Shown here: in pieces, positions 1 through 10,175 of the stretch
Layout: each line of letters starts with the position of its first letter
Numbering within the stretch: the first letter of the stretch is position 1
Assembly: GCA_963842105.1 (NCBI GenBank)
Contig: CAWJFH010000025.1
Coordinates: 1,840-65,839, forward strand
DNA length: 64,000 nt
Reading direction: 5' to 3'
Source: an uncultured Flavobacteriaceae bacterium
Lineage (GTDB): Bacteria; Bacteroidota; Bacteroidia; Flavobacteriales; Flavobacteriaceae
The notes under the pieces: generated by a model
Told to the model about the DNA's origin: nothing
What the model saw: the letters and a program-made list of their open reading frames with translations, nothing else
Database searches by the model: none
Translations under genes and position numbers: made by a program

Positions 1-322
1 TTTTCGTAAACAGAATAGCATCAAAGTCTTTATCTAAAAGGCTTTGCTCAACATTATCCAATTCCTTTTCCGTTTTTTTAGAATTGGTAAAGGCCACGTC
101 GAAAATATCGATACTACGCCAAGCCTCTATATCCCTTTTTTGGAATTCTTTTTGAAGCCGGCTTTCAAATTTTTCGCGAGTATCCGTTTTTTGGGCCATA
201 CCTACTAATAATACTTTATTGGCATTGAACAGAACGATATCTGGATTTTTCCAGTTTTCGACCAAACTTATAGAGGAACAGCTTGTTAAAAGGATAAGGG
301 CTATAAGGATTAATTTTTTCAT
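1..322 (-). CDS. Hypothetical lipoprotein, runs off window edge
   Basis: Manual translation from ATG at 322: MKKLILIALILLTSCSSISLVENWKNPD..., lipobox LTSC, open to position 1. Confidence 0.75.
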   Translation of the reverse strand, partial: MKKLILIALILLTSCSSISLVENWKNPDIVLFNANKVLLVGMAQKTDTREKFESRLQKEFQKRDIEAWRSIDIFDVAFTNSKKTEKELDNVEQSLLDKDFDAILFTK

Positions 323-380
323 GATGATAGATTAGAGCTGGATTTGAAGCCCAAGTTAAGTTTTGATCAATTCATAGAAA

Positions 381-394
381 ATGATATTGGTCAT
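381..394. promoter_or_regulatory. Box A operator ATGATATTGGTCAT
   Basis: 22 nt from minus-strand -7 element TAACTTGG (358-351) of the lipoprotein gene. Confidence 0.75.
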
Positions 395-482
395 CAAACA
401 AAAGACCGCTAAAGAATTTTATTCCCTAACGGTCTTGATTTTAGACTAATTACCAACTAACTAATCAAGTCTAAAAAATACC

Positions 483-1322
483 TTAATGCAATGCTAAAAT
501 AGGTATGGAAGTATCGTAACCAATTTCCTTGACCAGCGGTCTTGAGAATACCGTGTCAAAAAAAAGGTGCTTTCGATTTATAAAAGCAATCATATCACTA
601 TTTCTACTTTCTACAAACGCCTGTATTCCTTTCCCTAATTTTTTTTCGGATAAGTTATGAAAATCATGTTCAACATCGCAAAATATGGCATGCAGCAATT
701 TTTTGTTCTGCTGTTGAGCCTCCGTAAGTTCCTTTTCCTTATCAAGATGTAAAACAGCAATAGATGCATTGTGCATCTTTGCAATTTCAATGAGGTAATT
801 GAATTCTCTCATTTTATAACTATCCTTAAAATCAGTAGGGAAAACGATTTCTTTTGGAGGGGTGAAACTTAGGTCTTCAGGAATGGCAAGAACTGGACAT
901 TCCCTAATTTTTTCCATCGCTTGAACGGTATTACTCCCTAAAAGAACTGCTTTTGCACCTGTTGCCCCTTTGGTTCCCATGGCCACTAAATGAATATCTT
1001 TTTCTGAAATTAATTTTTGAATGGCTTCAGACAGGAAACTTTGTGAAGCCCTAGTAAAATAGTTATGTTTTGGATTGTCATTATGCAACTGTATAGTATC
1101 CAATAGCTTTCTGAAATTATGTTCCGCATCCTCTTTTGCCATTTCATAAGCAGGCGTTCCCTTTTCAGGTATAATCAAACTATCATAGGTGTACTTCTCA
1201 AAACTGAAAACATTTAAAAAATAAAAGTCACAATTCAACTTCGCATAAAGGTCTAAGGTATACCGTACTGCGTTCAAAGCATTTTTCGAAAAATCTGTAG
1301 GTATAAGAATCCGCTTGTTCAT
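483..1322 (-). CDS. Universal stress protein (tandem USP domains)
   Basis: N-terminal ILIPTDFS and MGTKGATG...GSNT motifs. Confidence 0.92.
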   Translation of the reverse strand: MNKRILIPTDFSKNALNAVRYTLDLYAKLNCDFYFLNVFSFEKYTYDSLIIPEKGTPAYEMAKEDAEHNFRKLLDTIQLHNDNPKHNYFTRASQSFLSEAIQKLISEKDIHLVAMGTKGATGAKAVLLGSNTVQAMEKIRECPVLAIPEDLSFTPPKEIVFPTDFKDSYKMREFNYLIEIAKMHNASIAVLHLDKEKELTEAQQQNKKLLHAIFCDVEHDFHNLSEKKLGKGIQAFVESRNSDMIAFINRKHLFFDTVFSRPLVKEIGYDTSIPILALH

Positions 1323-1375
1323 GGTGGTCTTTTAAAATTGTCATCTAAAATTAACCTTCACTTTAGACGTAAACT

Positions 1376-1389
1376 ATGATAAATATCAT
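1376..1389. promoter_or_regulatory. Box A operator ATGATAAATATCAT
   Basis: 22 nt from minus-strand -7 element TAATTTTA (1353-1346). Confidence 0.75.
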
Positions 1390-2241
1390 TCAGGCATAGG
1401 AAGGATGAGGAAAGGGGTTTTAGTGTAGATACTCATATCTTGAATAACCGGTTCTCGAAATAAACGTTCAAAGAAAAATCGTTTGTGATGCGCCATGGCT
1501 AACATTTTAATTTTTCGTTCCGATAAAAAGTTTTGAATTACGTTTGCTGTATCTCCATATTCCATGATTTCTTCAAAACAATGTGGAATATGTAATAGGT
1601 ATTTTCCCAGTGCCTTCTTGTTGAAAACTTGTTTTTCGGACAAGAGTTTTCCCTTTACTGATTTGTAATACGATAATCTGGGCGTTAGCAACCGATGCCA
1701 ATAATTTAAGAGGGGCCAGTGTTTGAAGTGTCCATTTTCTTTTAAAATTGGTCACAAATGCAATTTCACTCAGCGGTGCGTATGCAATTTCTTTGGGTAT
1801 GGCCAGAATTGGACAATTATGGATCGTATTGGCAACCTTCAGTGTATTACTCCCCATAAAAACCTCCTTAACACTCGTTTTTCCTTTTGAACCCATAACT
1901 ACAAGGTCTATTTGTAGGTCGTCTATGCTTTGGGACAGAATGCTGGCCAAAGTACCTCTCATTGAAATGCTTTTGAATTCATGTAGTGGGTTCTCGCTGT
2001 CCAATTTAATTTTATGAATCGTTTTGGTTAGCTGTTCCAATGAGGTATTGCGCAAACGGGTTACTTCCTTTTTTCGAAGGAATAACATATTTTGGGTTTT
2101 GTTGGCTGAGGTCAAATCATCATAACTGTTGATGATATGGAATGTACAGCGCTTTGCGGATAATAATTGGGTGACATAAAAAAGTGCTCCATAGGCCTCA
2201 TTTGAAAAATCGGTAGCTACCATTATGTTTAAAACCTTCAT
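1386..2241 (-). CDS. Universal stress protein, split by +1 frameshift near 1652
   Basis: ORFs 1573-2241 (VATDFS, MGSKG) and 1386-1691 (C-terminal PFLILP) join if one G is removed from AAAGGGAAAA. Confidence 0.82.
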
Positions 2242-2245
2242 GCAT

Positions 2246-3082
2246 CTATAATTGTGGAATCACCATGAACGGAATGGTTACATGATAGCCAATTTTCTTA
2301 ATGATGGGCTCCATGAAAATACGTTCAAAGAAGGTGTGTTTGTTCTGGACCATGACCAACAAGTTTATCTTTTGTTTCAACTGAAAGGCGTTGACCGCAG
2401 CTATGATTTCATTACTACCAACTTCATGGAACATGGCATTTTCTCCCAAAATCTTGTCAATTTTAGTTTTATTTTTCTGTTGAACGGGGTTCAATTCATA
2501 ACCGGTAAATACATGCATTACGTTTACTTGCGATACATGGGTATTTATAATCTTGAATAGGATGGAGAGTTTTTTCTTGTCAAGGTCAACCTCGTAATCC
2601 GAAGGAAACAAAATTTGTTCAGGAATTTCAAAATCGAAACCAGAGGGTACAATCAACATAGGGCATTTAGTGTTTTTGAGAACATGAACCGTGTTGGTGC
2701 CTAGTAGTATTTCGGCTGCGCCAGTTGCTCCTTTGGTACCCATAATCACTAGATCAATTCGTTCTGCTTCAACAGTACGCGTTACTTCACTAGAAAGCAC
2801 ATTTAGTGCAGAATGGGTGATGAAGGTATGTAATGGATTAGGATTGTCACTCTCCAGTTTATGTTTTAAACTTTTGAGTTCTGTTCTAGAATTCTCTTGA
2901 ACCATATCGCCAAGACCAATTTGTGCCGGACTGCCTATTAAATATTCGGTATGGTACACAGGCGGCATGTAGGTGTTCAAAAGATAAAATGTACATTTTA
3001 CATCCTTAAACAATTGAAGTCCATATGCTATGGCGGACAAGGAGTTTTTTGAAAAATCCGTAGGTAGTAAGATACGTGTCAT
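2246..3082 (-). CDS. Universal stress protein
   Basis: ILLPTDFS, MGTKGATGAAEILLGTNT. Confidence 0.92.
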   Translation of the reverse strand: MTRILLPTDFSKNSLSAIAYGLQLFKDVKCTFYLLNTYMPPVYHTEYLIGSPAQIGLGDMVQENSRTELKSLKHKLESDNPNPLHTFITHSALNVLSSEVTRTVEAERIDLVIMGTKGATGAAEILLGTNTVHVLKNTKCPMLIVPSGFDFEIPEQILFPSDYEVDLDKKKLSILFKIINTHVSQVNVMHVFTGYELNPVQQKNKTKIDKILGENAMFHEVGSNEIIAAVNAFQLKQKINLLVMVQNKHTFFERIFMEPIIKKIGYHVTIPFMVIPQL

Positions 3083-3133
3083 AGGTGCGGTATTTGGAAT
3101 ATGTAAATTAAGGAACGGCTACTTTCAAAAACC

Positions 3134-3147
3134 ATGATATTGGTCAG
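3134..3147. promoter_or_regulatory. Box A operator ATGATATTGGTCAG
   Basis: 23 nt from minus-strand -7-like TAATTTAC (3110-3103). Confidence 0.7.
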
Positions 3148-3186
3148 GTGGCCCATTAATTGTGTTTTAGTGAACTACAAGGAACA

Positions 3187-4026
3187 TCATTCATGAATAA
3201 CCAAGAAAGGAATATTGGTATGATAACTTATTTTTTCCACCGTTGGTTTAAACAGGATTCGCTCTAAAAAGTTTAGATTTTTAGCGACCATGACCAGCAT
3301 ATCTAATTCCCTACTTTCTGTAAAACATTCTATGGCCTCATCAATTTTTTTACCGGTAACGTTGTGGAATGTAGGTTCGATTTCCTTAAAATAATCGATT
3401 AAAACCTTTTTGTTATTCAATTGTAAATCGGTCATTTTTTCACCTTTGGGAGATACATATAGAAATTTCAAGGTCGCTTCTTTGGTCAATAAAATAGCCT
3501 TTACCGTATCCAGAATATGGGAACTATACATGGTTTGAAAATCCGATGGAAATCCTATTTCCCTAGGTCTTTGATAGGTAGCTTCTTCCGGCACCGCTAA
3601 CACGGTACAAGGTACTTTAGTGATGACATTACCCGTATTGCTACCTATAGAAACTGCTTTTAATCCAGAGGAACCTTTAGTTCCCATGATGATAAGGTCG
3701 ATTCCCTTTTCTTTCACCTCTTTTCTCAAATGGTCAGTTAAGAATCCGTATAAGGATAAGGTCTTGAATTCGTGTCTAGTGTTTAGAGGAAGTTTCTCTA
3801 TTTTTTGGAGCAGCTTAAGAAGCTTCTCGTCACTTTCCTTTAAAATAGTTTGCGTTAAAATCTCTGGAGAACTGTACATAATGGATTCTCCAGTGGCATT
3901 GGTACCCATGGAGGAAACGTGTACAATATGGAAAACACAGGGTGTCTTTTTAAAAAAGGAAATTCCGTATACCAATGCGTTCCAAGCATTTTCTGAGAAA
4001 TCTGTGGGTATGAGTATATTTTTCAT
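3187..4026 (-). CDS. Universal stress protein
   Basis: MKNILIPTDFS start at 4026, MGTKGSSG...GSNT. Confidence 0.92.
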   Translation of the reverse strand: MKNILIPTDFSENAWNALVYGISFFKKTPCVFHIVHVSSMGTNATGESIMYSSPEILTQTILKESDEKLLKLLQKIEKLPLNTRHEFKTLSLYGFLTDHLRKEVKEKGIDLIIMGTKGSSGLKAVSIGSNTGNVITKVPCTVLAVPEEATYQRPREIGFPSDFQTMYSSHILDTVKAILLTKEATLKFLYVSPKGEKMTDLQLNNKKVLIDYFKEIEPTFHNVTGKKIDEAIECFTESRELDMLVMVAKNLNFLERILFKPTVEKISYHTNIPFLVIHE

Positions 4027-4066
4027 GTGGGTAATTATATGTGGATTCAATTAGGAATAGTATAGT

Positions 4067-4909
4067 TTATTGTGGTAAGAATATTACCGGAATCATAGAG
4101 TGAAAGGCAATTTTTTTAACAACAGGTTCTCCAATTACTTTTTCCCAAAAGGTATGATGATGTCGAATGATACCCAGTAGGCTGGAAGGCTTATGGGCTG
4201 AATATTTTTCAATACTTTTAGAGATGGTTCCTTCAAACGGGATTTCCTTAAATTTTAAATCAAACCCTGCTAAACGTTCTTTCAAAACAGCCCTGTTGGC
4301 TTTTTGCGTGTCGTTTAGTTTAAATTCTATGGCCACATGGCCAACTTCTATGCTAGCGTTCCATATTGAAGCTAATTCTTTCAATTGCTCCAATTCATTC
4401 TTTTTGTATGGAATCATAAAATCGGTGGCAAAAAGAATCGTTTTCAGCTCTTGAAAATTAAACCCGGTAGGTATCGCTAAAATTGGAATATCCGTTACCG
4501 TTTTAATGATTTTGACGGTATTGCTCCCTAAAAAAACTTCTTTGGCACCCGTTGCACCTTGTGTACCGGTCAATAGTAATTCTATGTCATTTTCTACAAC
4601 AACCATCTGCACCGCTTCCTCTAAAGTTGCCGGTTTTGAAACGCCAGTAAAATGATGGTTGGTATTAAGATGATTTATTTCCAAATATTTTAAAACCCCT
4701 TCCAGTTCCTGTTCAGAGTATTTAGAAAGTGAATCATAAATGACCCCCAATCTCTGTTGGGTTTTACTCCCCATTAGGTTTAACGAAGTTGGTTCATAAG
4801 CGTGCAGGATATAAAATTGACACTGCACATTAGTGTATAACTTTAGTGCAGTGAAAATTGCGTTCCAGGCATTTTCAGAAAAATCGGTCGTTAACAATAT
4901 TTTTTTCAT
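4067..4909 (-). CDS. Universal stress protein
   Basis: ILLTTDFS, GTQGATGAKEVFLGSNT. Confidence 0.92.
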   Translation of the reverse strand: MKKILLTTDFSENAWNAIFTALKLYTNVQCQFYILHAYEPTSLNLMGSKTQQRLGVIYDSLSKYSEQELEGVLKYLEINHLNTNHHFTGVSKPATLEEAVQMVVVENDIELLLTGTQGATGAKEVFLGSNTVKIIKTVTDIPILAIPTGFNFQELKTILFATDFMIPYKKNELEQLKELASIWNASIEVGHVAIEFKLNDTQKANRAVLKERLAGFDLKFKEIPFEGTISKSIEKYSAHKPSSLLGIIRHHHTFWEKVIGEPVVKKIAFHSMIPVIFLPQ

Positions 4910-4924
4910 CTGTTTGATTTAGGA

Positions 4925-5770
4925 TTATCGGGGTAGGTTTTGCATAACCAAAAAGGGGAGGACAGGTTTCAGCCCAATTTCGTCGATGGTGGAACGGTAA
5001 AGTATGTCCTCGATAAAGGAGTGCTGGGAGTTTACCATGACCAAAAGATCCATCTCGTTCATAGAAATATAGTCCATAATGGCATTGGCCTTGTTTTTGA
5101 CCGAGGTCGTTTTAAAAACGAGTTTACCGTTTGGAAGGGATTCTTCCAAGAACTTTTTATTGTCTAATTGTCTATGGCTTAGATCTTCAAAATCTGAGAT
5201 ATATAAACTGTGTATTTGCGATTTCATTCTTGAGGCTAGCGTATCTAAAAGCTTAAGCTCCCTTCGTTTATAAGGAAGCATATAGGCAGATGGGAAAAGG
5301 ATTTTTTTAGGTAACCTAAAGATGTAGCCCTCTGGGATGGCCAAGACCGGACATTTTACATATTTTAATACTTGAACGGTATGACTTCCAAAGGTTATCG
5401 CCTTATTTGATGTTTTTCCCTTAGTCCCCATAACAATAAGGTCAATGTCTTTGTCATTTACAAAATCATTAATGCCATCTACAAGGGTATCAAAGGTTAC
5501 GTTAGATGTAAACGTATGTTTGGGATTATGCTTTTGAGTAATGATATCCTTAATCTGTTGGTCCATTAAATGGACAGCAGCATTTTTAAACGCTTCCTTT
5601 TGATGCTCAAAATGGGAAGTGTCTATTTGTTTGAATGAAGCATATACTTCGTCAGCATAGGTATGTAGTATGTGAAAATGGGTTTGCTCACCCTTGAAAA
5701 GTTCTAAAGCATAGCCAAGGGCATGTGCTGCATTACTGGAAAAATCGGTGGGTAGCAATATGTTTTTCAT
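4925..5770 (-). CDS. Universal stress protein
   Basis: ILLPTDFS, MGTKGKTS...FGSHT. Confidence 0.92.
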   Translation of the reverse strand: MKNILLPTDFSSNAAHALGYALELFKGEQTHFHILHTYADEVYASFKQIDTSHFEHQKEAFKNAAVHLMDQQIKDIITQKHNPKHTFTSNVTFDTLVDGINDFVNDKDIDLIVMGTKGKTSNKAITFGSHTVQVLKYVKCPVLAIPEGYIFRLPKKILFPSAYMLPYKRRELKLLDTLASRMKSQIHSLYISDFEDLSHRQLDNKKFLEESLPNGKLVFKTTSVKNKANAIMDYISMNEMDLLVMVNSQHSFIEDILYRSTIDEIGLKPVLPFLVMQNLPR

Positions 5771-5823
5771 AGCGTCTCTTTTGAATGACCCTCTAAAAGT
5801 ATTGGAGGACCTAAAGAAAACCT

Positions 5824-5837
5824 ATGATAAATGTCAT
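5824..5837. promoter_or_regulatory. Box A operator ATGATAAATGTCAT
   Basis: 22 nt from minus-strand -7 element TACTTTTA (5801-5794). Confidence 0.75.
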
Positions 5838-5871
5838 GGGGTGATTAATGAACTACTTGGAAAGCGGTAGT

Positions 5872-6924
5872 TTAGGTAACGTATTTGAGGGCTTTAAGTT
5901 CTAATATGCTGATATTTCTACCTTCAATCGCGATTAGTCCTTCCTTTTTAAATCCGGAAAGCGTACGTATTAAACTTTCTGTGGCAATACCGGCAACACT
6001 GGCAAGATCTGCCCTGGAAATTTTAATGGCATCCGATGCATCTTTGTTCATGATTTCGGCAAATTGTAATAGGGTTTGTGCCGTTTTCTTACGTACAGAA
6101 CTGTACGCCATTTGCAGCAATTGATGTTTGATGTCCACAATATGGTCAGAGAGCAGTTCCATCAATTCTAAGGAGATGGCATGGTTTTCTGCTACGATTT
6201 TATGCAATTCATCTTTGGGTATGGCGGCCAGTTCTACATTTTCTAGCGCTGTTGCAGATTCTTGATAAGCAACGTTGTTCAGTAAGGAGGTAAATCCTAA
6301 AAAATCGTCTGCATGATGCAACGCCGTAATTAATTCCTTACCATCTGGGTCCATCGTATGGCACTTGACAGCTCCGGTTAAAATGAGATAGACATTATTC
6401 GATCTTGAACCTTCTTTGTAAATACAACTTCCCTCTTGAGCTTGAATAATTTCACCAAAATCGTCAAAATAATTTTTAAGTTGATTTAAATCGGCAATTT
6501 CATCGTCTTCGTCTCCAGGTACATTTTTAGTATTTTTAAATTGTTTCAATAGGGCTGCTTTAGCCAACCTACTTTCCACGGCACTCATTAAATCGTCCTC
6601 TTCAAAAGGTTTGGTCAAGTAATCGTCCGCCCCAAGATCCATTCCTTTTCTAATCGCTTTATGTTCTGTAATCGCGGATAGGAAAATAAAGGGAATAGCT
6701 TTGGTACTTTCATGGCTAGATAATTCTGAAAGCACGCCATAACCATCCACCTCTGGCATCATAATATCACAGATAATAAGGTCTGGCAGCTGTTCTTTGG
6801 CAGTATGGATACCGATTTTTCCATTCGGTGCCGTTAGCACGTTATACCCGGAAAGTTCTAAAAGCTCTTCGGTATTTTCACGCAATGCCCTGTCGTCTTC
6901 TATTACTAAAATGGTTTTCATCAT
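5872..6924 (-). CDS. Response regulator: receiver + cNMP-binding + Crp-type HTH
   Basis: IEDD, ICDIMMP, YLTKPF receiver motifs; C-terminal SRADLASVAGIATESLIRTLS Crp/Fnr HTH. Confidence 0.9.
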   Translation of the reverse strand: MMKTILVIEDDRALRENTEELLELSGYNVLTAPNGKIGIHTAKEQLPDLIICDIMMPEVDGYGVLSELSSHESTKAIPFIFLSAITEHKAIRKGMDLGADDYLTKPFEEDDLMSAVESRLAKAALLKQFKNTKNVPGDEDDEIADLNQLKNYFDDFGEIIQAQEGSCIYKEGSRSNNVYLILTGAVKCHTMDPDGKELITALHHADDFLGFTSLLNNVAYQESATALENVELAAIPKDELHKIVAENHAISLELMELLSDHIVDIKHQLLQMAYSSVRKKTAQTLLQFAEIMNKDASDAIKISRADLASVAGIATESLIRTLSGFKKEGLIAIEGRNISILELKALKYVT

Positions 6925-8072
6925 TTGGAAGTTTGAATGTTTTTAGGAATAGATATGATGAAAGTGGAACCTACATTTTCTTCACTATTGAAAGTAAGTG
7001 TAGCACCAATATTGGCAAGATGTTGTTTTGCGATATTTAGACCAATGCCGGTACCTTGATGCAACAAGGCATTTTCTGCTCTAAAATAGCGGTCAAAAAT
7101 ATGTTTTTGTTGTGTTGTTGGTATTCCTATTCCCTGATCGATGACCTCAATCTTATAAAAGTCATTTTCCGTTTTAAAAATAATACGAATGGTTGAATCC
7201 TCGGGTGAATATTTGATGGCATTTTGCAATAAGTTGGACAGTGCTAAGCCCAATGTCTTTTCGTCAAAAACGAGTTGCACTTCATCCACATTGTCAGGAT
7301 ATTGAATATGTTGTCCCGCTTTTAGCAACATGTTGGCATCGTAGACCACTTCATTTACCAATCTGGTTAACGGGAATTCTGCAATGTTGTAGTTTACTTT
7401 ACCTGAATCTAAACGCTCTACGGAAAGGAAATCGTTTAGAATGGTATCCAATTGATGCACTTTGTTTTTTATGGTATCCACATGTTTGTCACGTTTATCC
7501 TGCTGATCAGCTTCCTTATATTTAGAGATCAAAGTCGTAGAAGTTAGAATACTGCTCAACGGAGTTTTAAATTCATGGGATACTAAGGAAAGGAATCGGG
7601 TTTTCAATTCGTTAAGTTCTTTCTCTTTCGCCAAGGCATCGGTCAATTGTTTGGTGCGTTCTTGAACGGTCTGTTCCAATTTACGGGTGTAATTCTTTCG
7701 CTCGGTGATATCCGTCACTAAGGCCATTACATAACTGCCCCCATAAAGTTCGAAAGGATTGAGACCTGCCTCGACTGGGAATTCATCCCCGTTTTTGCGA
7801 AGACCATTAAGATCTCGACCACGCCCCATGGACCTTTTCTCACTTTTTTCGATGAACGAAGAAACGTGTTGGCTATGATTACCGCGGTAACGCGCTGGAA
7901 TAATAGTTTCTAAAGGTTTTCCTAAAAGTTCTTCCTTGTCATAACCGAACATTTCGTCGGCAGCCGAGTTTGTGGCCACGATTTTCTGTTCCTTATTGAC
8001 TAAAATAATTCCTTCGGAAATTCCTTCCGATAAGAGATTGAAAATATTACTGTCCTTTTGAAAAACGTGCAT
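6921..8072 (-). CDS. PAS-domain sensor histidine kinase (FixL-like)
   Basis: PAS (NSAADEMFGY...NHSQH...GLRKNGDEFPVE), H-box SHEFKTPL, NAIKYS, DQGIG, GTGIGL; no TM segment; ATGA overlap with the response regulator. Confidence 0.9.
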   Translation of the reverse strand: MHVFQKDSNIFNLLSEGISEGIILVNKEQKIVATNSAADEMFGYDKEELLGKPLETIIPARYRGNHSQHVSSFIEKSEKRSMGRGRDLNGLRKNGDEFPVEAGLNPFELYGGSYVMALVTDITERKNYTRKLEQTVQERTKQLTDALAKEKELNELKTRFLSLVSHEFKTPLSSILTSTTLISKYKEADQQDKRDKHVDTIKNKVHQLDTILNDFLSVERLDSGKVNYNIAEFPLTRLVNEVVYDANMLLKAGQHIQYPDNVDEVQLVFDEKTLGLALSNLLQNAIKYSPEDSTIRIIFKTENDFYKIEVIDQGIGIPTTQQKHIFDRYFRAENALLHQGTGIGLNIAKQHLANIGATLTFNSEENVGSTFIISIPKNIQTSK

Positions 8073-8091
8073 TTACCAAGGTAATCTTTAA

Positions 8092-8105
8092 CTGATTCTT
8101 ATCAT
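8092..8105. promoter_or_regulatory. Box A operator CTGATTCTTATCAT between divergent kinase and TerB-like genes
   Basis: 22 nt from plus-strand TACTTTTC (8128-8135); only 8 nt from the kinase -7 element TACCTTGG (8083-8076). Confidence 0.68.
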
Positions 8106-8160
8106 AGTAAAGGAGTCATTATATCATTACTTTTCCTACAAACGAATTTAATAGGAAATT

Positions 8161-8569
8161 ATGGAGAAATCAAATACGCTAGGAATCAACCTTTATAAGA
8201 ACGTCGGTAAATTGTTTTATGCTTTAGCTAGCATAGACGGTTCAATCCATACCAATGAAGTGGACCATTTACGATCTTATGTTAAAAGTTATTGGTTACA
8301 TATTGATGATATTGAAGATGCCCATGGTTTAAATGCAGCTTTTAAGATTGAAGCCACATTCGATAGACTTCTAGAATATAGAACCGAACCAGAGATTTGT
8401 TTTCAGGAATTCAGTAAATTCTATAAGGAAAATAGCGAAGCGTTTAGCTCCAGAAATTAAACGGTTGATTTTAGATACGGCCAATGCCATGGCAAAATCC
8501 TATGCTAAAAAGAACAAGGCGGAACTTATTCTATTATCCAAAATTGAGATTCTATTCCTGGATATTTAA
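8161..8569 (+). CDS. TerB-like (tellurite resistance/DjlA-N fold) protein, +1 frameshift near 8446
   Basis: LFYALASIDGSIHTNE motif; second frame continues APEIKRLILDTANAMAKSYAKKNKAELILLSKI to TAA 8569. Confidence 0.6.
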
Positions 8570-8594
8570 TATTGATCTATCAGATAGTTGAGGC

Positions 8595-8608
8595 CTGATA
8601 TTCGTCAT
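8595..8608. promoter_or_regulatory. Box A operator CTGATATTCGTCAT
   Basis: 22 nt from plus-strand -7-like TACATTGC (8631-8638). Confidence 0.68.
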
Positions 8609-8660
8609 AGTTTTGGGGAGTGATGATACCTACATTGCATCATACTAAAAGATAGATATC

Positions 8661-9299
8661 ATGAAAAAAAGCATACTATTATGGGTAATCACCGCAATGT
8701 TCGTATTCCCAGTATCCGCACAAAATTTAGAACATATAGATGAGATTGCCCCTTTTAGCGAAGGATTAGCAGCCGTTCGTAAAGGAAACCAATGGGGGTT
8801 TATCAATGAGGCAGGAGTTTTAACCATTCCTTTTAGAGAAGATATTTATTGGAATGAAAATGCAGACTCTTCTAGAACAGATGTTTTATCGATACACTAC
8901 CCAACCTTTAATGAAGGTCTTTGCGTTATCACCAAAACCGTTGAAGATGGTGTGCCCGTATTTGGTTTTATGGATAAAAAGGGAGTAATCGTAATCGAAC
9001 CTGAATTCTTAAATGTGTATCCTTTTAAGGATGGTGCTACTACAGCAGTCTTGCTCGACAAGACGGTTAAGGGTGAAAACGAATTTAAACTCGAAATCTA
9101 TGCCTATAAATTTTTTGATGTCTTACTTAAGGACTCCGGTGAAATAACGGATTACTTCGAAAAAAGGGATAACATTCTTATGACCTTAAAACGTTATACA
9201 ACCCCCATCATAAATGCCAAGATTTTAAGTAATGACCTGGTTTCTGTTTATGTTCCAGAAAAAGGCTGGAAAATCAAAAAAATAACGGTTAAGAAATAA
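8661..9299 (+). CDS. Exported WG-repeat protein
   Basis: Signal peptide ending VSA-Q; PFSEGLAAVRKGNQWGFINEAG and FGFMDKKG repeats. Confidence 0.85.
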   Translation: MKKSILLWVITAMFVFPVSAQNLEHIDEIAPFSEGLAAVRKGNQWGFINEAGVLTIPFREDIYWNENADSSRTDVLSIHYPTFNEGLCVITKTVEDGVPVFGFMDKKGVIVIEPEFLNVYPFKDGATTAVLLDKTVKGENEFKLEIYAYKFFDVLLKDSGEITDYFEKRDNILMTLKRYTTPIINAKILSNDLVSVYVPEKGWKIKKITVKK

Positions 9300-9303
9300 G
9301 TTT

Positions 9304-10065
9304 ATGGGAAGATTAGAAGGTAAAGTAGCGCTGATTACCGGCGGAACAGGTGGAATAGGAATGGCCGCTGCAAAATTATTTTTGAATGAAGGTGCAAAAG
9401 TCGTTTTGGTAGATAATAATATGGAAGCATTTGAAGAAACCAGCGCTTCTTTAGAACATGAAAATGTTTCTTTTTGCCTGGCGGATGTTTCCACGGCAGA
9501 GGATACCATAAAATATTTAAATCATACGTTACAGATTTTCGGGAAAATAGACATCTTTTTTGCCAATGCTGGTATAGAAGGCCTATCAAAACCAATTGCA
9601 GATTATCCGGAAGCCATTTTTGATAAAGTGGTGGAGGTAAATCTAAAAGGGGTTTGGTTGGGCTGTAAGTATATCCTTCCTAAAATGGAAAATGGGGGTA
9701 GTGTCATCATCACCTCCTCTGTTGCAGGTTTAAAAGGGTTTGCCAATATGAGTGCCTATGTGGCCACAAAACATGCTATTGTTGGTCTAATGAAAGTGGC
9801 CGCCGCTGAAAATGCCAATAGAAAGATAAGGGTAAATACGTTACATCCAGGTCCTGTGGATAATGAAATGATGCGAAGGATTGAATCCAACATGTCACCT
9901 GATAGTCCTTCCACAGTAATGGAAGGTTTTGAGGCAGCCGTACCTTTTGGTCGCTACGCTACATCAAATGAGATTGCAGAAATGGCATTGTTTTTAGCAT
10001 CTGATGATAGTAAATATATTACGGGTTGTACCCATTTGGTAGATGGCGGCATGTTGAACGGATAA
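9304..10065 (+). CDS. SDR family NAD(P)-dependent oxidoreductase
   Basis: TGGTGGIG, NAG, YVATK. Confidence 0.92.
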   Translation: MGRLEGKVALITGGTGGIGMAAAKLFLNEGAKVVLVDNNMEAFEETSASLEHENVSFCLADVSTAEDTIKYLNHTLQIFGKIDIFFANAGIEGLSKPIADYPEAIFDKVVEVNLKGVWLGCKYILPKMENGGSVIITSSVAGLKGFANMSAYVATKHAIVGLMKVAAAENANRKIRVNTLHPGPVDNEMMRRIESNMSPDSPSTVMEGFEAAVPFGRYATSNEIAEMALFLASDDSKYITGCTHLVDGGMLNG

Positions 10066-10094
10066 TTTATATCCACATTGCCTCTGTTTTAATT

Positions 10095-10143
10095 ATGATT
10101 CTTGGTCGTTGTTTCTCAGCGGCCAAGAATCATTTTTCTTTTT
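10095..10143 (+). terminator. Intrinsic terminator
   Basis: ATGATTCTTGGTCGTTG / CAGCGGCCAAGAATCAT stem followed by T tract. Confidence 0.75.
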
Positions 10144-10175
10144 AAAATAGTACCTTAGAATTAAATTAAACGACC

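Noticed and set aside
8161-8569. TerB-like gene as an anti-phage or tellurite defence island
   Set aside because: No other ter or defence genes nearby; it carries a box A promoter like the hypoxia genes
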